Assembly (NCBI GenBank): GCA_030640255.1
Contig: DAOWJS010000006.1
Coordinates: forward strand, 1-33,812
DNA length: 33,812 bases
Source: Dehalococcoidales bacterium
GTDB taxonomy: Bacteria > Chloroflexota > Dehalococcoidia > Dehalococcoidales > GCA-2688105
Direction: 5' to 3'
Below, piece by piece: positions 6,603 through 16,602 of the stretch. The notes under the pieces were generated by a model. That model ran no database searches, was not told the origin of the DNA, and was given only the letters and a program-made list of their open reading frames with translations. Numbering within the stretch: position 1 is the first letter of the stretch; the number at the start of each line of letters is the position of its first letter. A program made the translations under genes and the position numbers.

Positions 6603-6817
6603 AATCCCCCTCCCTTGATAAGGGAGGGGGAACGAGGTGTGTAAGAGAGGCTTCGCCTCTCTTTGACTCTCCCTTAGTATTGCCTCTCTTTGGACTCTCC
6701 TTTAGGAATTTATTAAGGAGATTTTTTATCAACCTCACCCCCTGTGTCCCCCTCTCCTTCAAAGGAGAGGGGGAGGAGTAGTTGGTGAAGGGGCGAAGCC
6801 CCTTCCAACTACTCCTC
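6603..6817. repeat. cluster of GC-rich perfect hairpin modules (REP/MITE-like dispersed palindromic repeat family), copy A
   Basis: Hairpins at 6606-6630 (11-bp stem), 6644-6662 (AGAGAGGC-TTC-GCCTCTCT), 6748-6773 (12-bp stem CCCCCTCTCCTT/AAGGAGAGGGGG) and 6773-6817 (~21-bp stem). The modules recur in inverted orientation at 33662-33752. Confidence 0.85.
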
Positions 6818-6969
6818 ATGTTTATCTTAGTCTGCTCCTTATCTAACGTACCATATTATCATCGCTCAACCTGAAGTTCAACGACACTTCGTCAAGAGTT
6901 GCAAACTAGCAAACAACATGGCGCTCTGTTGCCAATGAAATACAGCCTCTTCATGTTGCTAGCCATTAG

Positions 6970-6998
6970 TTGCACACCTTAGGCTTTATTGCTACAAT
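6970..6998 (+). promoter_or_regulatory. candidate sigma70-type promoter for the + strand AsnB paralog
   Basis: TTGCAC (6970-6975), 17-nt spacer, TACAAT (6993-6998), ~125 nt upstream of ATG 7124. Confidence 0.4.
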
Positions 6999-7123
6999 AT
7001 CCCACCTAAGCGTATTATTGAAATTTTACCATGAAAGACAGGCATGGATGACCTCAGGAGAAGAAATTTGGAGACAAATAGGAGAGCATGGTCGCTAAAG
7101 ATTAACTTCAGGAAGAAGGAGCA

Positions 7124-9040
7124 ATGCCCGGAATCTGTTGCCTAGCTGGAGAAGTTTCCAATCAACAAAATTCGCTGCAGTCTATGGCTGAGTCAATAAA
7201 ACATGAAGACTGGCACCTGGTAGATATGTATAGTGCTCCCGTCTGCGGCATTGCCCGCGTCCACCTGGGGATATTTAACCCTGAGCCACAGCCCATTTTT
7301 AATGAGGATAAGAACCTGTGCATCTTTTTTGACGGCAAGATTTATGATTATGAAGACAAAAAGAGGGACTTACGGCGTCTGGGACACAGTTTTCGTTTGA
7401 CTGATAACGATGCCGAGTTTTGCCTGCACCTGTATGAAGAGTTAGGCAAGGACTTTGTAAAGCAACTAAACGGCACTTTTACCATTGTAATTTATGATAG
7501 TAAGCAGCAGAAGTTGCTGGTGGTAAATGACCGCTATGGGTTGAGACCCCTCTACTATGCCACAGACCACAACCGGCTGCTAATTGCCTCTGAGGTAAAA
7601 GCCCTGCTACAAATTGAGCCACGTAGCAAACTAAATGATGAGGCTATAGCTGACTGGTTTTACTTCGGCAAACTCCTGGGGAATAAGACCTTCTTCAAGA
7701 ATATTAACGTTCTATCACCAGCCTCTATTCTGGAATACCAGGATGGCAAATTAAACATAGAAAAATATTGGGACTTTGAATTTAACCAGGCGACTAATAT
7801 TAGCCAGGATGAGCTGGTCGAGGGACTGGTCAGCTCCTTTAGAAAATCTGTAGCCAGACGATTAACCGGCAGCCATCGCTATGGTCTTGGTTTGAGTGGA
7901 GGATTAGACTCAAGGGCAATTGCCGCCGCCATGGGTGACACTGCCTCTCGGGTAACCGCCTTCACCTTTGGCGTAAGGGGCTGTGATGAGGCAAGGATAG
8001 CCCATACCATTGCCCAGAAATTGGGCATGGAACATCACATTATTGAGTTAAACCCAGATGAGCTTCCCCTTTATTTCAAGGACGTAGTTTATCTCACTGA
8101 TGGCATGGATTACATCGGGGTCAGCTTTCTGCCTATAGCCTACGGGGAATATAGAAAACATATAGATGTGCTTTTCCAGGGGTTGGAAGGCGATGTGCTA
8201 CTTGGCGAGTATTACCTTAATAGTAACCTACTGCAGGCAAAGGGCGAGGAGGAGATTACTCGGGCCTTATACCGTAGCACCTGCACTTTCCCGGAGAATA
8301 TGAGGATTAATCTTATAAAACCAGCTTATTACAGTAGAATAAAAGACATGCCGTTAAACTCGTTAAGGGACGAGCTGCAGCAGACGCGGGGAGGTCAACC
8401 GGGAAATAGAGCCACTCATTTTGCTATTCGCAGTGTCATCTGGCGGACTGACCTCATGGGCTGCGTTATTGGTCGAAACAAGGTAGAGGAGGCGTATCCC
8501 TTTTTTGACAATGACTTTATTGATTGGGTGCAGAGGATACCCCCTGACCTTCGCCTAAACCATCAAATCTATCGCCAATTTTTGAAGAAACTTTCCCCCA
8601 CCTTGGCTGGGGTGACTCGCCAGCTGACCGGGGTTCCGGCGGACGCTCCCTGGTTCCTATCAAAAATAGGGATATATTATCAGCAGAGTAAAATAGCCCT
8701 AAAACTACTACTATACGAACTATCAGCACGGAATATATATATTCGTAATACCTTCGGCTATCAATCCTTGGATGAACTCTTCTTAGTCAATGAGAATTGG
8801 CGTAAAGCTGTCGAGGATATAATAGCCGACGAATTTGCTTTATCAGGGGAATATCTCGACATGGATTACGTTAAACGACTTTTAGATGACCATGGTAAGA
8901 TGCTGCCACCGTGGCAAGTGACCAGACAAAAGAGGTTTACGGCTAATTATTCAACGCCATTAAGTTTTATTGTAGCCTTTGAACTCTTTCTCAGGTTATT
9001 TGTCAAGAACCCTGTTAGCCAAGGCTCTTATCCTCATTAA
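7124..9040 (+). CDS. asparagine synthetase (AsnB) family amidoligase with degenerate glutaminase domain
   Basis: Strong RBS (GAAGGAGCA ATG). The synthetase PP-loop is intact (GLGLSGGLDSRAIAAAM). The N-terminus is MPGICC, not MCG, and the NGE glutamine-binding triad is replaced (FFDGKIYDY versus VFNGEIYNY in the paralog at 14729). Confidence 0.85.
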   Translation: MPGICCLAGEVSNQQNSLQSMAESIKHEDWHLVDMYSAPVCGIARVHLGIFNPEPQPIFNEDKNLCIFFDGKIYDYEDKKRDLRRLGHSFRLTDNDAEFCLHLYEELGKDFVKQLNGTFTIVIYDSKQQKLLVVNDRYGLRPLYYATDHNRLLIASEVKALLQIEPRSKLNDEAIADWFYFGKLLGNKTFFKNINVLSPASILEYQDGKLNIEKYWDFEFNQATNISQDELVEGLVSSFRKSVARRLTGSHRYGLGLSGGLDSRAIAAAMGDTASRVTAFTFGVRGCDEARIAHTIAQKLGMEHHIIELNPDELPLYFKDVVYLTDGMDYIGVSFLPIAYGEYRKHIDVLFQGLEGDVLLGEYYLNSNLLQAKGEEEITRALYRSTCTFPENMRINLIKPAYYSRIKDMPLNSLRDELQQTRGGQPGNRATHFAIRSVIWRTDLMGCVIGRNKVEEAYPFFDNDFIDWVQRIPPDLRLNHQIYRQFLKKLSPTLAGVTRQLTGVPADAPWFLSKIGIYYQQSKIALKLLLYELSARNIYIRNTFGYQSLDELFLVNENWRKAVEDIIADEFALSGEYLDMDYVKRLLDDHGKMLPPWQVTRQKRFTANYSTPLSFIVAFELFLRLFVKNPVSQGSYPH

Positions 9041-9089
9041 AGACTGGCTGTGGCTCGGGGTTGAATATCCCCGGGTGGACGCAGGCAAT
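9018..9089 (-). pseudogene. 72-bp fragment homologous to codons 43-66 of the AsnB paralog, in inverted orientation (right arm of an inverted repeat)
   Basis: The minus strand encodes IACVHPGIFNPEPQPVFNEDKSLG, versus IARVHLGIFNPEPQPIFNEDKNLC encoded at 7250-7321. About 85 percent nucleotide identity, with many differences at synonymous third positions. No homology continues on either side. Confidence 0.7.
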
Positions 9090-9108
9090 GACCTCTTCCT
9101 TCGTGAAG

Positions 9109-10212
9109 TTAGTCTTTAGCGATAATCCTTTGGTATAGTCCTTCCATCCGTTCCATCTCCCTCTCATATTCGGCTCTTTCCCGTATGATTTTTCGCCCCA
9201 GCCTACCGAATTTCCTGCCTGCCTCCTCGTTTTCAAGCAGATAAACTATCTTCTTTGCCAGGGCTTGAATATCATTTACCGGAACCAGAAAGCCATTTTC
9301 ACCATCGGTTACCCACTCTCGGTTACCCGATAGGTCAGTAACTACTGGGGCTATTTCACAGGCCATCGCCTCCTGCAAGCTAAGTGAAGCGCTATCGGAA
9401 AGGGAGGTTGAAACGTATATATCCGACGAGGCTAAATATTGAGGAAGCTCATCATGGGCAATCCGCCCGACAAACCTGATATTTTCCGAGCAGCCTAAAG
9501 AGCTGGCCAGATTCTCCAGATACTCTCTCTGTTCGCCATCACCGGCAATTATGAAGCTTGACTGTGGTGAATGCTCTAGGACAAAGGGTATCGCCCTGAT
9601 TAGCATTTCCACATTACACACCGGTTTAAGATTTCGGATAGATATTACCACTGGCCTTCCCTGCCATCCCAACCTATCCTTAAATCTCTTATCGCGCTGA
9701 GGACTAAATTTTTGGGTATCTACCCCCTGGTAAATTATTCTTACCTTGGCAGGATTCACTCCAAATTTTACCAGTTCCCGTCTCACTGTCTCCGAATTAC
9801 AAACCACCATTTCCGCTTTTTTCAAAGCATATTTACCGAGGATACGCAACCAGAGACTCTCCCTCATCACGATTAGGACGTCACTACCCCATGCCGTTAG
9901 TAAGAGGGGATGGAAACCGGAGAGGGCACCCAGATAGCCGTTTACGGTAATATAGTGGGCGTCAATGATATCTGGCTTTATTCGGTTGATTAGCCTTCGG
10001 ATTTGAACAAGCCAAGATAAGGTATTGATATACCCTGAGCCTTTCCAGTGTTGCGGTAACAGTGAGGATAGTAAGTGAAGTTGGACACCCTCAGAGTATC
10101 CTTCCCCAGGCCAGCTGGTAATGATATGAGCCTGATGCCCTTTCCTGGCGAAGTAGTTCACCCACCTCTGGGTATGAATACTTGAGGCGTCAGCAATATA
10201 ACATATCTTCAA
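9109..10212 (-). CDS. glycosyltransferase, GT4 (GT-B fold) family
   Basis: N-terminus MKICYIADASSIHTQRWVNYFARKGHQAHII. C-terminal motif SLSDSASLSLQEAMACEIAPVVTDLSGNREWV (ExxxxxxE-type GT1/GT4 signature). Confidence 0.85.
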   Translation of the reverse strand: MKICYIADASSIHTQRWVNYFARKGHQAHIITSWPGEGYSEGVQLHLLSSLLPQHWKGSGYINTLSWLVQIRRLINRIKPDIIDAHYITVNGYLGALSGFHPLLLTAWGSDVLIVMRESLWLRILGKYALKKAEMVVCNSETVRRELVKFGVNPAKVRIIYQGVDTQKFSPQRDKRFKDRLGWQGRPVVISIRNLKPVCNVEMLIRAIPFVLEHSPQSSFIIAGDGEQREYLENLASSLGCSENIRFVGRIAHDELPQYLASSDIYVSTSLSDSASLSLQEAMACEIAPVVTDLSGNREWVTDGENGFLVPVNDIQALAKKIVYLLENEEAGRKFGRLGRKIIRERAEYEREMERMEGLYQRIIAKD

Positions 10213-10263
10213 TTAGTGTTCTCTCCACAAGTCATCTTAGCTCAACATGTTTCCTCTAAAACC

Positions 10264-11367
10264 TCAGCCACCTTCCTGGCCACGCTTTCCCAGCTCTGAT
10301 TTCAGCACGCAATCGATTATATTCTTAATATTTTTGCTGGCGTTACCTTTACCTAGTACTTCCCTCTGCTCACCTTTTGGCTCGAATTCTCGCACCATGC
10401 TTACTATCTTAACTCTATCAGCACCGACAAGTACGTTCCAGCCGTCCTCCACCGTTTCAACCCGTTCCGTCGTTTCACGGAGTGTAATGCAGGGTACCTT
10501 TAAAATATAGGCATCTGTTTGCACTCCCCCGGAATCTGTTACTATTTTTCGGGCATGATTCATAAGCTTCAGGAATTCAATGTAGCCGAGTGGTTCTATG
10601 AGCTTGATTTTGCTATTTTTCTTTAGTTTATCGTAAAAGCCATACCTCTTTAAAAAACTCTCTGTTCTGGGGTGAATAGGGAAAACAGTTGTTTGGTTCA
10701 TCTCACAAAGAGCATCTATTATATTTTTAAGGTTTTCTTTATTATCGGTATTACTAGCTCGGTGGATAGTGACTACAATATACTGCTTGCTTTTTAGACC
10801 GATAGCCTGAAGCACGCTTGATTTCTCAGCAATTTCCTTGTCGCGTAGTAATATATCAATCATAACATCTCCGGTCAGATAAACCCCGTTGCTGATACCT
10901 TCCTTATTTAAATTACTCACGCTAGTCTTCGTCGGACAAAACAGCAAATCCGAGCAGTGATCGGTTAAAATCCTATTTATTTCCTCGGGCATACTTTTGT
11001 CAAAGCTCCTCAATCCCGCCTCAACATGTCCCAGTTTAATGCGTAATTTAGAGGCAGCCAGAGCTCCGGCTAAGGTAGAGTTGGTATCCCCATAAACCAA
11101 AGTCAGCTTCGGCTTCTCCTTCGAGAGAACGTCCTCAATTGCCATTAACATCTGCCCAGTCTGATAACCATGAGTTCCAGAACCAATACCGAGGTTATAG
11201 TTTGGCCTTGGAATCTCAAGCTCCTCAAAAAACACGGCTGATAGCTTGCTGTCATAGTGCTGCCCAGTATGCACTAAGACATTATCGTACCCTTTCCTTA
11301 GCTCTGGAAACAAAGCAGCATGTTTTATAAATTGCGGGCGTGCCCCTACGATGGACAAAATTTTCAT
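10264..11367 (-). CDS. wecB: UDP-N-acetylglucosamine 2-epimerase (non-hydrolysing)
   Basis: MKILSIVGARPQFIKHAALFPEL...HTGQHYD...GDTNSTLAGALAA...HVEAGLRS...TDSGGVQ are the hallmark WecB/MnaA motifs. There is a 4-nt overlap with the upstream GT gene. Confidence 0.9.
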   Translation of the reverse strand: MKILSIVGARPQFIKHAALFPELRKGYDNVLVHTGQHYDSKLSAVFFEELEIPRPNYNLGIGSGTHGYQTGQMLMAIEDVLSKEKPKLTLVYGDTNSTLAGALAASKLRIKLGHVEAGLRSFDKSMPEEINRILTDHCSDLLFCPTKTSVSNLNKEGISNGVYLTGDVMIDILLRDKEIAEKSSVLQAIGLKSKQYIVVTIHRASNTDNKENLKNIIDALCEMNQTTVFPIHPRTESFLKRYGFYDKLKKNSKIKLIEPLGYIEFLKLMNHARKIVTDSGGVQTDAYILKVPCITLRETTERVETVEDGWNVLVGADRVKIVSMVREFEPKGEQREVLGKGNASKNIKNIIDCVLKSELGKRGQEGG

Positions 11368-12611
11368 TGTTCACATCTGCTTCTTCGGCTACAAATAAGA
11401 CCCTCAACCACATCAGCAACCCTTTTGGCAACGCTTGCCCAACTCTGATTTTCCACTATATATTTTCTGCCATTTTTACCTAGCTCTCTTCTAAGTTCGC
11501 CATTCTTAAGCAGTGTGATGACAGCATCAGCAAGTTCTTGAGAGTCTGTTGGATTGAAAAGTAATCCGGCACCATGCTCCTCCAAAATCTCAAGACCAGG
11601 TATCCTGGTAGCAACAACTGGTTTGGCGCAAGCCATGTATTCATATAGTTTTAATGGTGAACAAAGAACAGGTTTTTTAGGTAATACACAGACGTCACCG
11701 GCATTTATATATAAGGGGACTTCCTGGTAAGGAACCATCCCGGTAAAAATTATCTTATCGGATACACCAACCTGCCCAGCAAGTTCAACTAACTCTTGCC
11801 TTAGCATACCGTCGCCGACAATCAAAAACCTGGCTTCGGGACACTCCTTCACTACATAGGGGACACTTTTTATCAGATAGTCAACACCCTGCCAGGCAAC
11901 AAGGTCACCGACAAAAACTACCAGGTGCCCCGCCTGAGCCAGATTTACCTGCCTTCTTGCCTGGTCAGTATTCATCGGCTTGAACAGCTCTATGTTAGCC
12001 CCATTTGGTATTACTACAATCTTATCTTCGGGCACTCCATAATCGTGTTGAAGAGTCTCCTTTAGCTTTGAGGCAACGACAATAATCTTGTCAGCTCTGG
12101 GCATATTGAATCTCTCTATCCTATCAATAATCCATAATGAGAAGCTGTCGGTGAACCCGGTAATTCTGGCAAGGGCACTCTCTATTCCATTTACCTCTTT
12201 CACCAGAGGGAGCCTGAATAATCTGGCTAAGAGGTAGTCACTATTGAATAGACTATGTCGCCGATAAATCACGTCAAGGTTTCGTTTTTTGCCGATTATG
12301 AAGATAAAAGCGGAAAGAAAAAGAGAGACATCACGCCCGAAAGACCACAGGATGCCGAGCTCACCCATAAAGCGCCGGATTATTCCCAATGAAAGTAGCT
12401 TACTTCTTATGCCCTTGTCCAGTGATGGTGGGTTGCTACAAATGATTTCCCCTACCTTTTTAGGATAATCAGAATTGAGTAGGACTACATTGTGTCCCAG
12501 CCTTGATAGATTGGTTATGAGCTCATATTTATGAGTGGATATAGGAATTAGCTGTCCAACTTTTAAGCGGTCATAAAATAATATGTTCACCCCACCCCCC
12601 AAAAATGACAC
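11364..12611 (-). CDS. glycosyltransferase, GT4 family
   Basis: FVGDLVAWQGVDYLI and PLKLYEYMACAKPVVATRIPG motifs. The start may be GTG 12590 (MNILFYD...) rather than 12611. Confidence 0.85.
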   Translation of the reverse strand: MSFLGGGVNILFYDRLKVGQLIPISTHKYELITNLSRLGHNVVLLNSDYPKKVGEIICSNPPSLDKGIRSKLLSLGIIRRFMGELGILWSFGRDVSLFLSAFIFIIGKKRNLDVIYRRHSLFNSDYLLARLFRLPLVKEVNGIESALARITGFTDSFSLWIIDRIERFNMPRADKIIVVASKLKETLQHDYGVPEDKIVVIPNGANIELFKPMNTDQARRQVNLAQAGHLVVFVGDLVAWQGVDYLIKSVPYVVKECPEARFLIVGDGMLRQELVELAGQVGVSDKIIFTGMVPYQEVPLYINAGDVCVLPKKPVLCSPLKLYEYMACAKPVVATRIPGLEILEEHGAGLLFNPTDSQELADAVITLLKNGELRRELGKNGRKYIVENQSWASVAKRVADVVEGLICSRRSRCEQ

Positions 12612-12624
12612 AGGAAATCCAGAC

Positions 12625-13557
12625 TCACTCTTTTACCGCAATTACCAGTAAATCATCCGCCCAATTTTTGAAAATTCTGGAAACAAAATAGGGGAGCCTT
12701 GACAAAACCGGACCTCTTCCGATTTCCTCTTTCACTTCAAAGCCCGACTGCTTAAGGAGTTTCCTTAAGCTTTCAAAGGTAAAGAACCTTAAATGCAATG
12801 GTTGCTCAGGATACCTGATACTATCAAAGCTATATTGTTTTCCGGGAATGTTACCCAGGGGCCACGAGGTAAGAGGGTAAAAACCTCTTCTCAAAAAAAA
12901 CAAGGGGTTAAACTTTAAACCCTTGCCCAAAATCATCCCGACCCTGTTGCCTAAACAAACCAGATTGGGTGTAGACAGAATTAACTTCCCCCCTTCCTTA
13001 AGTACCCTATTGATTTCTCCAATCAATCGCCTTACTTCAACCACATGTTCAACCACTTCGGTGCATATTACAATATCAAATGAGGCATTAGCCAAGGGAA
13101 GGCTCAACCCCTCGCCTATGATTAACGCTTTGTATCCCTTATCCAGGGCATTATCTTCACCAAGTAACAGGCGCTTGGGACAGCTGTCCAGTCCGTAACC
13201 TTCATTTTCCTCGGTAAACAAATAGGAATACGGACCCTCCCCACACCCTAAATCCAATATCCTATTCCCGCTGCCCAGTCCCTCCTTAATTAATTTGTGC
13301 CTTACCCTCGTATAGTTATTCTTCTCTTTTCCTGTTTGGCAATAATTTAAGGTTTGATTTTCAAGCTTGACTTTGCATACTGTCTTTCCGTCTCTATTAC
13401 ATTCACAATCGGCAGTATCCAAAGACTTAAAATCAATAATATAGACATCATTTACTACATAATATGGGTACTCCCTTGAGCACTTCGGGCAATAGTACAC
13501 TCGGCTTCTTCGCTCCAAACTTGACCCACACTCAGGACATATAAATTCAAGATTCAT
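12625..13557 (-). CDS. class I SAM-dependent methyltransferase with N-terminal zinc ribbon
   Basis: CPECG...CPKC at the N-terminus. SAM motif I is ILDLGCGEGPYS, followed by FDIVICTEVVEHV. Confidence 0.85.
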   Translation of the reverse strand: MNLEFICPECGSSLERRSRVYYCPKCSREYPYYVVNDVYIIDFKSLDTADCECNRDGKTVCKVKLENQTLNYCQTGKEKNNYTRVRHKLIKEGLGSGNRILDLGCGEGPYSYLFTEENEGYGLDSCPKRLLLGEDNALDKGYKALIIGEGLSLPLANASFDIVICTEVVEHVVEVRRLIGEINRVLKEGGKLILSTPNLVCLGNRVGMILGKGLKFNPLFFLRRGFYPLTSWPLGNIPGKQYSFDSIRYPEQPLHLRFFTFESLRKLLKQSGFEVKEEIGRGPVLSRLPYFVSRIFKNWADDLLVIAVKE

Positions 13558-13595
13558 CGTTTTGGTAAAATGTTACCCCATTTACTTTCACCCTA

Positions 13596-14732
13596 TCAAA
13601 GAGTAACATTGTTTAATTTCTCAAACTCCTCCAAATATTTCTCGGTTATTGTTTCCCAGCTAACATTATCTATGGCGTATTGTCGGGCATTTTGGGAATG
13701 GCTTGAATTATCCCCCCTTAAGTACTTGGTTATCTTCCCGGCTGCCGTCTTAGTGTCTTGATAATCAACGATAATGCCACAGTTGGCCTCTTCAATCATC
13801 TTAAAATGCGGGATATTGGAAGCAATGCAAGGCAAGCCCGATGCCATCGCCTCAGCCACGGTTAAGATTGGCTCCCCCCCTTCATACTTTGATGATACGG
13901 CAAAATAATCGGAGCCGGCATAAAGGTCAGGGGCATCTTGTTCATGGTCCACATAGCCCAAGAATCTGACTTTAGTTAACCCCCTTTGTTGGGTAAGCCT
14001 TTCTACCCCTGATAAAAGTTCTCCCACTCCAGCGATAACCACGGTTACATCTTTAACCTCTTTCTCAACCAGTGAAAATACCTTGATCAATCTATACGGC
14101 TCTTTTTGCTCGGTCAACCTGCCCAGACTTAAGATTATGGTATCATCCTCGGGAAGGTTGAACTTCTCCCTTAACCTTTTCTTATCATTAGCTGGTTTGA
14201 ATCTGTCAATATTTACTCCATTAGGTATGTAGGTTATTCTTTTATGGTCTATGCCCCTCTCCTCTAATTCAGTGGCTACCTGATTGCTTACCGCGGTAAA
14301 TTTGGCATTGCTAAGACTGACCTTATGCCAGCTGTGTTTCTCAAACCGGGATGAGATTTTATAGAGAAGGTGATAGTACCACGAGTATATCCTGCGAACG
14401 CTCATCCCATAGTAAGTGCCGTGTATTGTAATCAGGCTTTTTTTGAAGGGATTATTTCTCATAAAAAAGGGGTTATTAAGCCAGACCACATCATAATCAT
14501 CAGCCCCTTGTCTAAAATACCTGCGCACTTGACGCCAATAATAAAGCAAACCCAGAATGCCAAACATCCTAATCAGCCGACTGCTGCCAAGCGTTATATC
14601 GGGACCGGTTGGTGAGCAAATGGTGCAGTCAACCCCCATTGCCTGGAGTCGCTCGGTGACATTATAGACAACATTGCCAATACCTGATGAATACCGAGGG
14701 GGATATTCTTGAGTACAAACCAGTAGCTTCAT
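13596..14732 (-). CDS. glycosyltransferase, GT4 family
   Basis: [22 protein letters not shown]... and [29 protein letters not shown]. There is a 4-nt overlap with the upstream asnB stop. Confidence 0.85.
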   Translation of the reverse strand: MKLLVCTQEYPPRYSSGIGNVVYNVTERLQAMGVDCTICSPTGPDITLGSSRLIRMFGILGLLYYWRQVRRYFRQGADDYDVVWLNNPFFMRNNPFKKSLITIHGTYYGMSVRRIYSWYYHLLYKISSRFEKHSWHKVSLSNAKFTAVSNQVATELEERGIDHKRITYIPNGVNIDRFKPANDKKRLREKFNLPEDDTIILSLGRLTEQKEPYRLIKVFSLVEKEVKDVTVVIAGVGELLSGVERLTQQRGLTKVRFLGYVDHEQDAPDLYAGSDYFAVSSKYEGGEPILTVAEAMASGLPCIASNIPHFKMIEEANCGIIVDYQDTKTAAGKITKYLRGDNSSHSQNARQYAIDNVSWETITEKYLEEFEKLNNVTL

Positions 14733-16585
14733 CTAAACTCCGACCTCATTATACTCGCTTTTTGGTTTTCAATAAATAAGCGATGCCAGATTTCAAATAT
14801 AAGTATACTCCATAGCTTTTGAGCATTGAGGAAATTCATATTATAGCTACCTCTGGACTTCTGGAATCTGTCTAGTAGATTGGAAATATACTCTTGGTTG
14901 TAGTAATTATGTTTTGATTCGTGAAGTAATTGGGCTAAGGTATCCCTTAACGAGTGCCTAAGCCAATAATCGGCGGGCACATTAAAGCCGTATTTTCTTC
15001 GGTTTATTATCTGGTCAGGCACTAATCCGGCCATTGCTTTCCTAAAGATATACTTGCCCGTCAATCCTTTTAATTTTAGCCGTGTTGGAATGGTAAAAGC
15101 AAACTCGGCGATGTTATGGTCTAGGATAGGCACCCTTTCTTCTACAGCATGCGCCATTGTCATCTTATCTGCTTTGATAAAGAAGTCGTTGGGAAGCCAG
15201 GTTTTTATGCCGAAATAAAGCAATTTATTTAATAGCTTAGCGTCATCAGGGAAGTAATTATTCAGATTGCTATCCAGCTTGAAATCGCCTAGTTTCCTTA
15301 GTTCGTCTTCATTAAACAGGGAGAGCACGCTTAAATACTGTTCAGCCTCGCTCCGGGCAGCGAGCAGATTTAAGGCACGCCTCACATTGCTACTCTCAGG
15401 AAAATAGCTGCCGATAACGGGGAAAAGGCGATGGTTGAGGAAGCTGGGGAGTAGCTTAGAAAGATTATGCCCCACCATCATAATCTTATAATTATCATAT
15501 CCGGCAAATAGCTCATCGCCACCCTCTCCAGCCAGGACTACAGTTACTTCCTTTTTGGCGAACCTAGACAGGACATAGGTGGGCAGGGTAGCGGCATCAC
15601 CTATCGGTTCATCCATATGCCAGACCATTTCCGGCAGCAGATTCAGGTCTTTTTCGCCAACATTAAATTCATGATGTTCAGTGCCGAAGTATCGGGACAC
15701 AAATCTAGCATACTCCAGTTCATCTTCACCCTCAGCGCCAAAGCCGACCGAGAATGTCTTTATGTGGTCGGTCAATTCGCTCATTAAAGCCACGACACAG
15801 GTTGAATCCAGACCACCGCTGAGGTAGACGCCCAAGGGTACCTCAGTCATCAAGCGCTGTTTCACTGATTTTCTAAGTAGCTCTCGCAATTTTTCAACAT
15901 AATACTCCTCAGGTTCATCAGTAATATCCTCTACCAAGTCCCAGTATTTAGAGGTCTGAATTTTGCCATCTTTAAGGAGCAAGATATGTCCGGGCATCAG
16001 CTTATAAATGTTTTCCATTAGTGTTCTCTCACTGGGAACATACCTATAGGTAAAGAACTCGTTTAATGCGGTTAAATTTACATTCCGGCTAACGCCTTCA
16101 TATTCCAGGATTGCTTTCATTTCTGAGGCAAAGACGAACCTGTTACCTTTGATGTAATAATACAGGGGTTTTATTCCCAACCTATCCCTGGCTAGGAAGA
16201 GTCGCTTTTGGTTAAGGTCCCAGATGGCGAAGGCAAATATACCCTCAAGGTGGTTAACACAGCCAGTATCGTATTCTTCATAGGCATGTACGATGACCTC
16301 GGTATCACTATTGGTATAGAAGCGGTGACCCTTCTGAAGCAAGCTTGCTTTCAATTCCAGGTAGTTGTATATTTCACCATTAAATACTATCTGAATGGAA
16401 CCGTCCTCGTTGTGGATAGGCTGTCTTCCGGTAAGCAGGTCAATTACCTTCAGCCGTTGATGACCTAATGAAACACGCTCATCTAAATAACAGCCCGATT
16501 CATCCGGACCCCTGTGTTTAACCGCAGCCATCATTTTGCTAAGCAATTTCTCATCCTGCCAGTTAAAGCCAACAATGCCACACAT
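14729..16585 (-). CDS. asnB: asparagine synthase (glutamine-hydrolysing)
   Basis: The true start is taken as ATG 16585, giving MCGIVGF (Ntn Cys2), with GGTGGGAAGG upstream. Also present: [20 protein letters not shown] and the SGGLDS PP-loop. The track ORF start at 16633 adds 16 unlikely residues. Confidence 0.92.
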   Translation of the reverse strand: MCGIVGFNWQDEKLLSKMMAAVKHRGPDESGCYLDERVSLGHQRLKVIDLLTGRQPIHNEDGSIQIVFNGEIYNYLELKASLLQKGHRFYTNSDTEVIVHAYEEYDTGCVNHLEGIFAFAIWDLNQKRLFLARDRLGIKPLYYYIKGNRFVFASEMKAILEYEGVSRNVNLTALNEFFTYRYVPSERTLMENIYKLMPGHILLLKDGKIQTSKYWDLVEDITDEPEEYYVEKLRELLRKSVKQRLMTEVPLGVYLSGGLDSTCVVALMSELTDHIKTFSVGFGAEGEDELEYARFVSRYFGTEHHEFNVGEKDLNLLPEMVWHMDEPIGDAATLPTYVLSRFAKKEVTVVLAGEGGDELFAGYDNYKIMMVGHNLSKLLPSFLNHRLFPVIGSYFPESSNVRRALNLLAARSEAEQYLSVLSLFNEDELRKLGDFKLDSNLNNYFPDDAKLLNKLLYFGIKTWLPNDFFIKADKMTMAHAVEERVPILDHNIAEFAFTIPTRLKLKGLTGKYIFRKAMAGLVPDQIINRRKYGFNVPADYWLRHSLRDTLAQLLHESKHNYYNQEYISNLLDRFQKSRGSYNMNFLNAQKLWSILIFEIWHRLFIENQKASIMRSEFR

Positions 16586-16602
16586 ATCTACCTTCCCACC
16601 AG

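Noticed and set aside
6550-6819. 89-aa minus-strand ORF from the track.
   Set aside because: It is a read-through of the GC-rich palindromic repeat modules (PLKERG / PLSREG translations), with no RBS. It is a typical spurious repeat-derived ORF.
7124-9040. Considered whether the glutaminase-dead AsnB homolog is a lasso-peptide cyclase.
   Set aside because: No transglutaminase-like protease, RRE protein or plausible precursor peptide gene lies nearby. The context is purely glycosyltransferase.
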